Source: a virus
Lineage: Duplodnaviria > Caudoviricetes
Virus record (IMG/VR): IMGVR_UViG_3300032269_000110
Location: 1-24,038 of that record
Direction: 5' to 3' (one strand)
DNA: 24,038 nt
How positions within the stretch are numbered: position 1 is the first letter of the stretch; each line of letters begins with the position of its first letter. Position numbers and translations under genes: made by a program. A model generated the notes under the pieces. The model made no database searches. It saw only the letters and a program-made list of their open reading frames with translations, and had not been told where the DNA came from. This document shows, in pieces, positions 1 to 8,269 of this stretch.

Positions 1-63
1 AGTACAATTGCAGGCACAGCCAGCGCAATCAATATTCGCGTTTCTGGACGCGAGGTGACCTAA
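1..63 (+). CDS. 3' end of upstream virion-operon gene (partial)
   Basis: Frame 1 reads STIAGTASAINIRVSGREVT-stop; TAA 61-63 overlaps the next ATG (TAATG). Confidence 0.75.
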   Translation, partial: STIAGTASAINIRVSGREVT

Positions 64-527
64 TGAAAATTGTTTACGGTAAAGGGTTTGAGATTGACAA
101 GCCCACTTCAATGCTAGACAAGGTGCAAGCCTTGCAGATCGAAGTGTCTAAGTTGCCTCAATACGAACCCGTGACAAAACATTATTTTCACGGCGGTATG
201 TATTGCCGTGAAGTGTTTCGTCATGCCGGAGTTTTAGTAGTGGGCGCAGTCCACAAGAAAGAACATTTTTATCTAATCGTGTCTGGTACGGTGGCGATCA
301 CCACAGACGATGGAGTGCAAGAGGTTACTGGGCCTCACTTGTTCTCAAGTAAACCAGGTACTAAACGTGCGGTGTATGCAGTTACTGATGCGCTGTGCAT
401 GACTTTCCACGCCATCGAGGCAAAAACTGTTGAGGAAGCTGAAGCCGAATTGGTTGAAGCAGAACCTAATAACATGTATAGTCTCGGTAATCAAATTAAA
501 CACCAAACATTAGAGGTGCTGCCATGA
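63..527 (+). CDS. Cupin (RmlC-like) fold protein
   Basis: Beta-rich pattern GMYCREVFRHAGVLVVGAVHKKEHFYLIVSG...PGTKRAVYAVTDALCMTFH, with His residues placed as in cupin metal sites. Coupled on both sides by overlaps. Confidence 0.7.
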   Translation: MKIVYGKGFEIDKPTSMLDKVQALQIEVSKLPQYEPVTKHYFHGGMYCREVFRHAGVLVVGAVHKKEHFYLIVSGTVAITTDDGVQEVTGPHLFSSKPGTKRAVYAVTDALCMTFHAIEAKTVEEAEAELVEAEPNNMYSLGNQIKHQTLEVLP

Positions 528-1267
528 CATTTTGGGTAGCTGGTGCCGTAGTCGGCAGTGCATTAATTGGGGGTAGCGCCGCTAAAAGCGCCGCATCTAC
601 GCAATCTGCCGCCGCAGATCGCGCGGCTGAACTTCAATATCAACAGTTCATGCAAACGCGAGAAGACCAAGCGCCTTACCGCGCTGCTGGTGTTAACGCA
701 TTAAGTGAATTACAACGCACCGCCGGCAATGTGCCTGGCGCGTTTAAATTTGGCATGAATGATTATCAAGCTGATCCAGGCTATGCGTTTCGATTATCGG
801 AAGGTCAAAAGGCACTTGATCGCAGCGCTGCGGCTCGTGGTGGTTTGATTTCTGGTGGCGCGTTAAAAGCAGCGCAACGCTACGGTCAAGACATGGGTTC
901 GCAAGAATACCAAAGCGCTTACAACCGTGCATTGACTGGATATAACACTGGCGTGGCTAGTGAAAATCAGTTGTATAACCGTCAAGCAGGCTTGGCAGGC
1001 ATCGGTCAAACTGCTACTAATTTAGTTGGCCAAGCTGGTCAAAACTATGCAACCAATGCTGGCAATATGATTACTGGCGGCGCGGCGGCTAACGCGGCTG
1101 GCCAAGTTGGTATGGCCAACGCTGTTACTGGCGGTTTGGGCACATATTTGAACTACAGCCAAGGCAATGCGTTGACTAATGCGTTGCGTGGCGGCGGCTA
1201 TGGCCGTAGTAGCTATTTAACTGAACCATATTCAGGTTATAACTCATCTATTGGTTTAGGCCCATAA
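524..1267 (+). CDS. DNA transfer/ejection protein, P22 gp7-like
   Basis: Ala/Gly-rich with hydrophobic N-terminus and DPGYAFRLSEGQKALDRSAAARGGLISG motif. First of three internal-protein genes, the slot of P22 gp7. Confidence 0.75.
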   Translation: MTFWVAGAVVGSALIGGSAAKSAASTQSAAADRAAELQYQQFMQTREDQAPYRAAGVNALSELQRTAGNVPGAFKFGMNDYQADPGYAFRLSEGQKALDRSAAARGGLISGGALKAAQRYGQDMGSQEYQSAYNRALTGYNTGVASENQLYNRQAGLAGIGQTATNLVGQAGQNYATNAGNMITGGAAANAAGQVGMANAVTGGLGTYLNYSQGNALTNALRGGGYGRSSYLTEPYSGYNSSIGLGP

Positions 1268-1276
1268 GGAATAAAC

Positions 1277-2662
1277 ATGGCACTTGATCCAAACATTGCT
1301 CTCGGCGTTAGAGGTATTGAGATTGCAAACCCTTTGGCGCAATACAGCCAAGTTGCGCAGATTCAAAACGCTCAAAATCAAAACGCGTTGGCGCAATTTC
1401 AATTAGGCGCAGCTCAACGCACAGAAAAGTCGCAGAACTTGCTGGCAGACGCATACGCGCAATCAACTGATCCAGCCACAGGTAAAATTGACTACAACAA
1501 ATTGACAAGTCTTGTAGCGGCTGGTGGTGGCGGAACGCAAATACCCGCCATTCAAAAATCACGCCTTGAATACGAAACCGCACAAACAACGCAACAAAAA
1601 GCGCAAACGGAATTGTTGGACGCAAGACTAAAGCAATCGCGAGGGTTTCTTGACACATTAGACCCTAACGATCCTACTGCACCTGCGCGCTATATTGCTT
1701 GGCATGAGGCCAATCACAAAGACCCAATCATTGGCCCGGCGTTGGCCGCCCGAGGTGTTTCTGTTGACCAATCGCGTCAAAGCATTGAATCTGCAATTGC
1801 AAAAGGCCCAGCGGCTTTTGCAAATTTGCTAAACCAGTCTAAGCTAGGTACGGAAAAGTTCATGGAGTTGAACAAACCTACCACACAAGTTGTTGACCAA
1901 AGCGGCCAACGTCAAGTTCTTCAAATACCGGGCCTTGGTGGAACGCCTACGTCTGTGGGAACTTACTCAGATGTTCCATTGCCTGCCAATGTGCAAGCGC
2001 AAAAGATACAAATTGCACAAGCATCTAAGCCAGTTCAAAGCGTTACTATGGTGCAAGAAAAAGCAGAGTCTGCTGATTACGGTAAATTCTTGGTTGATCA
2101 ATTTAAAAACGTAACAAAAGCATCTGACCTTGCGTTGAAATCAATGCCTGCAATTGAAAGCAATCTAAATATCTTAGATAAAGGTTTTGATACTGGTTTT
2201 GGTACTGAAACTAAAGCCGCGGGCGCTAAAGTTCTTGGCGCGTTGGGTGTTAAAGACGCGGAAAAATATGCTACAGATTCGCAGTCTTTCTTGTCCAACG
2301 CTAATGCTGCAGTGTTGCAAAAACAGCTTGAGCAAAAAGGCCCTCAGACTGAAGCTGATGCACAGCGCATTACAACGACTGGCGCTCAATTGGGCAATAC
2401 TAAAGACGCAAATAAATTTGTTCTTAACGTGGCTAAAGCGCAACTTCAACGTGATATTGACCAGCGCAATTTTTACGCTGACTGGCGCAAAGCTAACAGA
2501 ACGCTTGACGGCGCAGAAGATGCTTGGAACGCAGGGCCCGGTAGCAAATCATTGTTTGAGCGCCCAGAGCTTAAAAAATATACTGCTCCAACTAAAGCAA
2601 ATGTTAATGCTACTCCAACAGCCGCGCGGCCTCCGTTAGATTCTATTTTTGCACCTAGATAA
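1277..2662 (+). CDS. Internal virion/ejection protein (P22 gp20 position)
   Basis: 461 aa, Gln/Ala-rich and helical, AAGGA RBS upstream. Assignment is by synteny and composition. Confidence 0.6.
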   Translation: MALDPNIALGVRGIEIANPLAQYSQVAQIQNAQNQNALAQFQLGAAQRTEKSQNLLADAYAQSTDPATGKIDYNKLTSLVAAGGGGTQIPAIQKSRLEYETAQTTQQKAQTELLDARLKQSRGFLDTLDPNDPTAPARYIAWHEANHKDPIIGPALAARGVSVDQSRQSIESAIAKGPAAFANLLNQSKLGTEKFMELNKPTTQVVDQSGQRQVLQIPGLGGTPTSVGTYSDVPLPANVQAQKIQIAQASKPVQSVTMVQEKAESADYGKFLVDQFKNVTKASDLALKSMPAIESNLNILDKGFDTGFGTETKAAGAKVLGALGVKDAEKYATDSQSFLSNANAAVLQKQLEQKGPQTEADAQRITTTGAQLGNTKDANKFVLNVAKAQLQRDIDQRNFYADWRKANRTLDGAEDAWNAGPGSKSLFERPELKKYTAPTKANVNATPTAARPPLDSIFAPR

Positions 2663-2674
2663 CCGGAGACGTGC

Positions 2675-4303
2675 ATGGCTGACCAATTCCGCGATCAAAT
2701 TAATACTGCTCGTCGCGCTGGTTACAGCGATGACGAACTTATTGGGTATTTAAAAGACAAAGACCCACGAATTAGCACGGCGCTTGAAAGTGGCTATCAG
2801 TCTTCTGAAATTCTTCAATACCTTGCGCCCGTACTTTCAAAAGGCGAAGAAGCCGTACGCAAGACCGGCGTGGCTATTCGCGGGCTTAATGAAGCGTTAG
2901 CACCTGCGGCAGCAGGCGCAACTGCTGGTTTTATGATGGGCGGCCCAGTAGGCGCAGGTGTTGGTGCTTTGGCTGGCGGATTAGCCGTACCTGCTACCGA
3001 TGTATTAGTACAAGGTTACAACAAACTTACAGGTAATAATGTTCGATTGCCTTCGCAAGTTATTTCAGAAATGCTTCCAGGCCCCCGTGCTGAAACTCCC
3101 GTTGAGCGCGTAGTACAAGGAAGCGCTGGCGCTTTAGGTGGAACTGGCGGCTCTGTATCTGCTGGCCGATCAATCGCAAATATTGGTAAAACAGGCCAAG
3201 GTTTACCTTCATCCGTTGCGCCTGGCACATTAGCTATTGGTCAAGAAGCGGCTCGGCTTCCCGTAAGTCAAATGATCACCGCACCTGTTGCTACTGCCGC
3301 AGGCCAGACTGTTACTGAATTAACTGACAATCAATTGGCAGGTTTATTAACCGGCGTTGCTACAGGCACTGTGGCAGGCACGCGGCCAACTAAGCGTGGA
3401 ACTGTACCAACAGCAGCTGAATTGGCTAGTAAATCAAAAGCCAACTATGACGTCCTTGAAAAATCAGGTTTTGAATTAGATAACGCTCAATTTAACGCGC
3501 ACATGGGTGGCATGGCGGCAAAACTTCGCGCGTCTGCTGGATATGACCCACGCATCATGCCAAATGTTGAAGTAGCACTTAGCAACTTAACATCGGGCAA
3601 CGCAAAGAATGTTGGTGAATTAGACACGCTTAGGACAATTATTGGCAACGCCGCAAAAAGTGGAAGCGCGCCAGAGCGAAATGCGGCTAAACAATTATTA
3701 GATGAGTTTGACACTTATGTAACCAGCGCCCCTCCAAGCGCGGTTGTTGCGGGCGACACTAGCGCAATGAAGGCTTGGAAAGACGCGCGCGCTGATTACG
3801 CCAAAATGAAAAAAAGTGAGTTAATCACTGATATCATAGAAAACGCTGAGATTGCCAAAGGTACTAAAGAAGGCAGCATTGCATCTCAATTGATTGCATT
3901 AGCAAAGAACGATAAAAAGATGCGTTTCTTTACCGCAGAAGAACAAGATGCAATTCGTGAAGCGGCAAAGGGTGGCAAAATACAATCATTATTAAATGTA
4001 GTGGGTAAGTTTTCACCTTCTACGCCCGCCGCTGCCATTTTTACCGCTGTCAACCCATTAGGCGTATATACAGCCGCTGCGGGTATGGCGTCTAAATCAT
4101 TAGCGGATCAAAGACGTATTCAACAAGCTAACGCACTTGCCAACCGTATGCGGCTTGGTGAAACACCGCCAGTTCTTGAAAGCGTATTAGCAAACCAACC
4201 TGTATTTTTCTCACGCGGCGCTCAAAATATGCTCGGCCCCGTGCAACAAAACCAAAACGCGCTTATTCCATCTACCGATGTTGGAACAATAACAGTTCGT
4301 TAA
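2675..4303 (+). CDS. Internal virion/ejection protein (P22 gp16 position)
   Basis: 542 aa with GGAG RBS. N-terminal duplicated motif (ARRAGYSDDELIGYL / ALESGYQSSEILQYL) and glycine-zipper hydrophobic segment GATAGFMMGGPVGAGVGALAGG. Last gene before the lysis region. Confidence 0.6.
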   Translation: MADQFRDQINTARRAGYSDDELIGYLKDKDPRISTALESGYQSSEILQYLAPVLSKGEEAVRKTGVAIRGLNEALAPAAAGATAGFMMGGPVGAGVGALAGGLAVPATDVLVQGYNKLTGNNVRLPSQVISEMLPGPRAETPVERVVQGSAGALGGTGGSVSAGRSIANIGKTGQGLPSSVAPGTLAIGQEAARLPVSQMITAPVATAAGQTVTELTDNQLAGLLTGVATGTVAGTRPTKRGTVPTAAELASKSKANYDVLEKSGFELDNAQFNAHMGGMAAKLRASAGYDPRIMPNVEVALSNLTSGNAKNVGELDTLRTIIGNAAKSGSAPERNAAKQLLDEFDTYVTSAPPSAVVAGDTSAMKAWKDARADYAKMKKSELITDIIENAEIAKGTKEGSIASQLIALAKNDKKMRFFTAEEQDAIREAAKGGKIQSLLNVVGKFSPSTPAAAIFTAVNPLGVYTAAAGMASKSLADQRRIQQANALANRMRLGETPPVLESVLANQPVFFSRGAQNMLGPVQQNQNALIPSTDVGTITVR

Positions 4304-4324
4304 TTTAATAGGCATGGCACAATA

Positions 4325-4546
4325 ATGGACACTCAAGTTTTATTCAACATCGCGGTCAGCTTGGCTGGCTTCTTGGGTGGCTGGGTGTTGAACAACATCT
4401 ACCGATCACTTGAGCGTTTAGATTCTGACGTTCGGGCCATGCCTTTTAACTATGTTAGCCGTGACGACTACCGCGCTGACATGCGTGAAGTTAAAGATAT
4501 GTTAGCCAAGATTTTTGACAAGTTAGATAACAAGGTTGACAAATGA
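4325..4546 (+). CDS. Small single-TM protein with amphipathic/coiled-coil tail (lysis region, holin/antiholin-like)
   Basis: N-terminal TM VLFNIAVSLAGFLGGWVL followed by a charged helical tail; first gene of the lysis region. Confidence 0.6.
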   Translation: MDTQVLFNIAVSLAGFLGGWVLNNIYRSLERLDSDVRAMPFNYVSRDDYRADMREVKDMLAKIFDKLDNKVDK

Positions 4547-4831
4547 ATGCGCTGGTTTTGGTTACTGCTCATATCATTGGTTTTTTGGGCAAATGCCAAA
4601 GCACCTTGCATAGTTACAGACTTTTACGGGCTGAGTTGGCTGGGAAACCCCTCAGAGCGTCACCAGAGATTGTCGGAATGGCTCACCACGAATGGTGATA
4701 ACTGTACGTCTGAACAGTTAGTTGGCATTTGGAACAATTTGGCCGTATGGGCGGGGACTGCGGATAGTGCAGAGTTGAGGGCCAAGATTCTTTTTTACTA
4801 CGCACGGGCTGTAGATCGGGAAAAGAAATGA
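4547..4831 (+). CDS. Hypothetical exported protein
   Basis: Signal-peptide-like start MRWFWLLLISLVFWANA-K, two Cys in the mature part, abuts the previous stop, ATGA overlap downstream. Confidence 0.65.
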   Translation: MRWFWLLLISLVFWANAKAPCIVTDFYGLSWLGNPSERHQRLSEWLTTNGDNCTSEQLVGIWNNLAVWAGTADSAELRAKILFYYARAVDREKK

Positions 4832-5067
4832 AAGTCAGTTTTGATAAATGGTACCCGATAGTCTATCCGCTGGCTTCAACGCAGGCCGAAGTGTTTGTTA
4901 AAAGAATAGAAAAGCAAGACGCCGAGCGGGCTTTGCAAGTGCAGATTGACCATACGGTGAAGAAGTTTCACCAGTATGAATATGAAATTTATGAGTACCG
5001 GATGCGCCAGGTAACGCTAAACATTCAGATTGCAAATTTAAAACGTGATATTGATCAACTTGTGTAA
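4828..5067 (+). CDS. Hypothetical protein
   Basis: 79-aa ORF with ATGA overlap; fills the gap in the operon. Confidence 0.6.
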   Translation: MKVSFDKWYPIVYPLASTQAEVFVKRIEKQDAERALQVQIDHTVKKFHQYEYEIYEYRMRQVTLNIQIANLKRDIDQLV

Positions 5068-5074
5068 GGACAAA

Positions 5075-5314
5075 ATGGAAGATTTAAGAGGAAAACTTAC
5101 ATTTGCAGTGACTCTTATGGTCAGCGCGACGCTCTGCATTTGCATCTTAGGTATGGTGGGAGCTTTCATACTTGGCTTGTGGGCTAAAGAAGTTGACAAC
5201 GCCGAGATTTTTGCTTTGCTTAGCCCAGCTTTTCAAACCATCATCGGTGGATTTATTGGACTGTTAGCTGGCGTAAAACTATCACACGACGAGGTTACAA
5301 ATGTTCGGACTTGA
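5075..5314 (+). CDS. Two-TM membrane protein
   Basis: Start moved to ATG 5075 (AAGGA at 5066-5070); two hydrophobic helices. Confidence 0.7.
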   Translation: MEDLRGKLTFAVTLMVSATLCICILGMVGAFILGLWAKEVDNAEIFALLSPAFQTIIGGFIGLLAGVKLSHDEVTNVRT

Positions 5315-5708
5315 CGCACTCTTAGGCATCGGCGGTAAACTTATTGATAAGCTGATCCCCGACCCAGAACAAAAAGCCAAAGCCCAATTTGAGTTGGCCA
5401 AGATGGCGCAAGATGGCGAGTTGGCAAAGATGGCTAACGAGACTGAGCTGTACAAGACTGAGCAAAACAACCTTACACAGCGCGTTCAGGCAGACATGGC
5501 ATCTGACTCTTGGTTATCCAAGAACATACGCCCCATGACGCTGATCTTCTTGCTGGTGGCCTATTCTGGCTTTGCCATCGCCTCAATCTTTGAATACGAA
5601 ACCCGTGGTGCATACGTTGAGCTGCTAGGCCAGTGGGGTATGTTGGTCATGTCTTTCTACTTTGGTGGCAGGACGCTTGAAAAAATTACCGATAGGGTAA
5701 AAAAGTGA
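5301..5708 (+). CDS. Holin, 3TM (GTA holin-like) family
   Basis: LIDKLIPDPEQKAKAQFEL N-terminus, WLSKNIRP, TM segments and C-terminal FYFGGR; directly upstream of the endolysin. Confidence 0.85.
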   Translation: MFGLDALLGIGGKLIDKLIPDPEQKAKAQFELAKMAQDGELAKMANETELYKTEQNNLTQRVQADMASDSWLSKNIRPMTLIFLLVAYSGFAIASIFEYETRGAYVELLGQWGMLVMSFYFGGRTLEKITDRVKK

Positions 5709-6121
5709 AGTTAACTGAACATTTTTCCCTTGAGGAACTAACCCACACCGACCACCGTGAGTATGATAATACGCCAAATGATGCGGAACTGGAAAACCTC
5801 AAACGCCTTGCGGAGTTTCTTGAGAAAGTCAAAGCTGCCTTGGGCGATAAGCCCGTTATGATTAACAGCGCATTTCGGTCTAAGCAGGTCAATGATGCGG
5901 TCGGTTCATCTGACAAATCTCAGCACCGCACGGGGTCTGCCGCAGACATCCGTGTGCCTGGCATGACGCCAGACGAAGTGGTCAAAACAATCATTGCTTC
6001 GGGTTTACCCTACGATCAAATCATCCGTGAGTTTGACCGCTGGACGCACATTAGTATTGCAGACAAACCACGTAAGCAAGCATTAATCATTGATAAACAA
6101 GGCACTAGGCCATTTATTTAA
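5705..6121 (+). CDS. Endolysin, peptidase M15A (Zn D-Ala-D-Ala peptidase fold)
   Basis: LTEHFSLEEL start, SAFRS...N...VG, SQH-x6-D (SQHRTGSAAD) and WTHIS zinc-ligand motifs. Confidence 0.9.
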   Translation: MKLTEHFSLEELTHTDHREYDNTPNDAELENLKRLAEFLEKVKAALGDKPVMINSAFRSKQVNDAVGSSDKSQHRTGSAADIRVPGMTPDEVVKTIIASGLPYDQIIREFDRWTHISIADKPRKQALIIDKQGTRPFI

Positions 6122-6156
6122 ATAAAAGCGTCATAAACTTTGTATAAGGTGTTGAA

Positions 6157-6531
6157 ATGTCAAACATACCGACGCCCGAAGATGCACGTTTCTTTGCGCT
6201 ATGCGTTAAGAAATGGCAAGAAATCCTTAACCTCGGCGACTGGCGTATCGAGAAAGGATTGAAGCCTGCCAAGCAAGCAATGGCTTCTGTCGAATTCAAT
6301 GAGAGCGCCCGTTTGGCCACCTACCGCTTAGGTGACTTTGGCGCCGAACAAATAACCCACGAATCCCTTGATTGCACAGCACTGCATGAATTGCTTCATG
6401 TAATGCTGCACGATCTTTTGGCTGCAGCTCAAGATCCTAAGTCATCGCAAGATGACATAGACAAGCAAGAGCATAGAGTGATTAATTTACTTGAGCGCTT
6501 GCTCTCAAAGGATTCAAATGGTGTCAACTAA
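6157..6531 (+). CDS. HEXXH-motif putative zinc metalloprotein (zincin-like)
   Basis: ALHELLHVML with a downstream Glu (QEHRVI); overlaps the next gene. Confidence 0.65.
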   Translation: MSNIPTPEDARFFALCVKKWQEILNLGDWRIEKGLKPAKQAMASVEFNESARLATYRLGDFGAEQITHESLDCTALHELLHVMLHDLLAAAQDPKSSQDDIDKQEHRVINLLERLLSKDSNGVN

Positions 6532-7504
6532 CGGATTGAATTCTTGCACCGATGAAGAATTTTTGGCGCTGTGGGATCAATATCAATCCACCTCAAAGAT
6601 TGCCAAAATTTTATGCGTGACTGATCGGGCTGTTGCCTACCGCAGGCGCAGGATGGAAAAAGAGCATGGTGCTTTGCCAGCGGCAGACCACCGAGGCGCC
6701 ATGTACGATGAGAGACAAAAATCATTTTCCCCGTTACGACAGATTGACCTAGGGATACTGGATGGCACAGTCATCGTGTTCTCTGACGCACACTTTATAC
6801 CTGGTCAACGCTCTACCGCCTTTAAAGGACTCCTATGGGCCATAGAGACGTTTAAACCAAAAGCCGTAATAGCTAACGGCGACTCATTCGATGGCGCCGC
6901 TATTAGCCGCCACGACCCAACCGATCAGCCCGCCACCACAGTTATTCAAGAACTAAAGGCTTGTCAGGGCGCTTTGGGTGAGATTGAAGAAATTGCCAAG
7001 GCAGGGCGACACAATGTCAAATTAATTCACACTTGGGGCAACCATGACGCTCGATTTGCTAACCGACTTGCTCAACACGCACCACAGTACAAAGACGTTT
7101 TGGGATTTAAGATTACCGACCACATCCCTGATTGGGAGTTCTGTTGGGCTTGCTGGCCTACTTCCAAGGTAATTGTCAAGCACCGATATAAGGGCGGCGT
7201 ACACGCCACACACAACAACGCCGTCAACGCTGGCGTCAGCGTGGTCACGGGCCACTTACACAGCTTAAAAGTTACGCCTTTCAATGATTACAACGGCACA
7301 CGCTACGGGGTGGATACGGGGACGTTAGCCGAACCTGATGGCCCTCAGTTTACGTATGCTGAATTGAATCCAAACAATCATAGGTCAGGCTTTGCAGTGC
7401 TGACCTTTTTCAATGGTGAATTGCTTTGGCCTGAGTTAGTCCATTCGTTTAGTGAAGGCTGTATTCAGTTCAGGGGCGAAGTGATTGACGTGAGCGCGTT
7501 TTAG
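6518..7504 (+). CDS. Calcineurin-like metallophosphoesterase with N-terminal HTH-like segment
   Basis: Motifs SDAH, GDSFD, GNHD, KH and GHLH in order. N-terminal TSKIAKILCVTDRAVAYRRR resembles an HTH. Start ATG 6518 with AAGGA RBS. Confidence 0.88.
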   Translation: MVSTNGLNSCTDEEFLALWDQYQSTSKIAKILCVTDRAVAYRRRRMEKEHGALPAADHRGAMYDERQKSFSPLRQIDLGILDGTVIVFSDAHFIPGQRSTAFKGLLWAIETFKPKAVIANGDSFDGAAISRHDPTDQPATTVIQELKACQGALGEIEEIAKAGRHNVKLIHTWGNHDARFANRLAQHAPQYKDVLGFKITDHIPDWEFCWACWPTSKVIVKHRYKGGVHATHNNAVNAGVSVVTGHLHSLKVTPFNDYNGTRYGVDTGTLAEPDGPQFTYAELNPNNHRSGFAVLTFFNGELLWPELVHSFSEGCIQFRGEVIDVSAF

Positions 7505-7535
7505 TCCTTATAAGGGCAATACAGGATAAAACTAT

Positions 7536-7679
7536 ATGAGTGCTTGGTTAATTGTTCTCACGGGGGCAATCTACGCATATATTGCGGTGGAACAGTTGCT
7601 AAGGGGAAACCCGTATATGGCAGTTGTATACGCTGGGTATGCGTTCAGTAATGTGGGGCTTTACTTCTTAGCGAAGTAA
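7536..7679 (+). CDS. 47-aa two-TM membrane peptide (not in ORF track)
   Basis: MSAWLIVLTGAIYAYIAVEQLLRGNPYMAVVYAGYAFSNVGLYFLAK; AGGA upstream. Confidence 0.75.
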   Translation: MSAWLIVLTGAIYAYIAVEQLLRGNPYMAVVYAGYAFSNVGLYFLAK

Positions 7680-7692
7680 GCCCCATTTAATT
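7654..7692. terminator. Hairpin at convergent junction, probable (bidirectional) terminator
   Basis: TGGGGCTT(T)ACTTC-ttagc-GAAGTAAGCCCCA, 13 bp with one bulge, followed by TTTAATT; lies where + and - operons meet. Confidence 0.6.
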
Positions 7693-7894
7693 ATTCCGCA
7701 GCTACTTCTTCTTCTTCAGTGTCTTCTTCAAACTCAATCTCAAGTTCGTCAGCATCTTCATATTCCATTGCCCAATCATTTGCTTCTTGGGCTTCAATAA
7801 ATTCCTGAATGATCTGTAGCTTTTCAAAATCATGTGAGGTAATGGTGACTTTTTCTTCACCAATCCAGCCGATGTTAATTTCCAATGTGTACAT
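7691..7894 (-). CDS. Very acidic 67-aa protein
   Basis: ATG 7894 with AAGGAG RBS; 24 D/E versus 2 K by hand count. Confidence 0.8.
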   Translation of the reverse strand: MYTLEINIGWIGEEKVTITSHDFEKLQIIQEFIEAQEANDWAMEYEDADELEIEFEEDTEEEEVAAE

Positions 7895-7932
7895 AATTTT
7901 CTCCTTACGCAACCGATTGTTGCGATCAAATA

Positions 7933-8109
7933 TTAGGCTTGTTTTGTGTCAGTTGTGTTTAATGCCCGATAAGCCTCAAGTGCTGTTTTTAAGTCACACT
8001 GGAGGTGCTGAATAATGTCATCTTGTTCTTGCAGTTTGGCGTAAACGTCTTCAGCAAACTTGGCCAAGTTGGCTTGGCTCCATGAACGAAAGTCAGGTTT
8101 GTTGGTCAT
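7933..8109 (-). CDS. Hypothetical small coiled-coil protein
   Basis: Start moved to ATG 8109: MTNKPDFRSWSQANLAKFAEDVYAKLQEQ... Confidence 0.7.
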   Translation of the reverse strand: MTNKPDFRSWSQANLAKFAEDVYAKLQEQDDIIQHLQCDLKTALEAYRALNTTDTKQA

Positions 8110-8269
8110 CACTTTTCTTTCGGTAGTATTCCCTTGGGAATTTGGCCTTGGCGTCCAAATGTTGGCGCAACCAAGCGATGCCGCCAAGCTCATTAAAAAT
8201 CATTATGTGCCGGTCGCATAGGCGAATCTGGCGCCCTTTAAGTGGTTCGGGTGGTTTAGGTCTTGGCAT
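8093..8269 (-). CDS. 58-aa putative ribbon-helix-helix-like DNA-binding protein (not in ORF track)
   Basis: MPRPKPPEPLKGRQIRLCDRHIMIFNELGGIAWLRQHLDAKAKFPREYYRKKSDDQQT; TAATG overlap with the upstream gene; strand-helix-GG-helix pattern. Confidence 0.65.
   Translation of the reverse strand: MPRPKPPEPLKGRQIRLCDRHIMIFNELGGIAWLRQHLDAKAKFPREYYRKKSDDQQT

Noticed and set aside
744-3714. Antisense and off-frame ORFs within the ejection-protein genes
   Set aside because: Shadow ORFs of long genes with biased codon use; no RBS or motif support.
4547-4831. o-spanin or lipoprotein call
   Set aside because: The Cys follows AKAP rather than a lipobox, and an ANA signal peptidase I site precedes it.
6113-6126. 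Perfect palindrome TTTATTTAAATAAA at the endolysin stop
   Set aside because: All A/T, single copy and too weak for a terminator; could easily be chance.
7506-7515. CCTTATAAGG palindrome, with CTTATAAGG also at 16950-16958
   Set aside because: Only two short copies with no consistent position relative to promoters.
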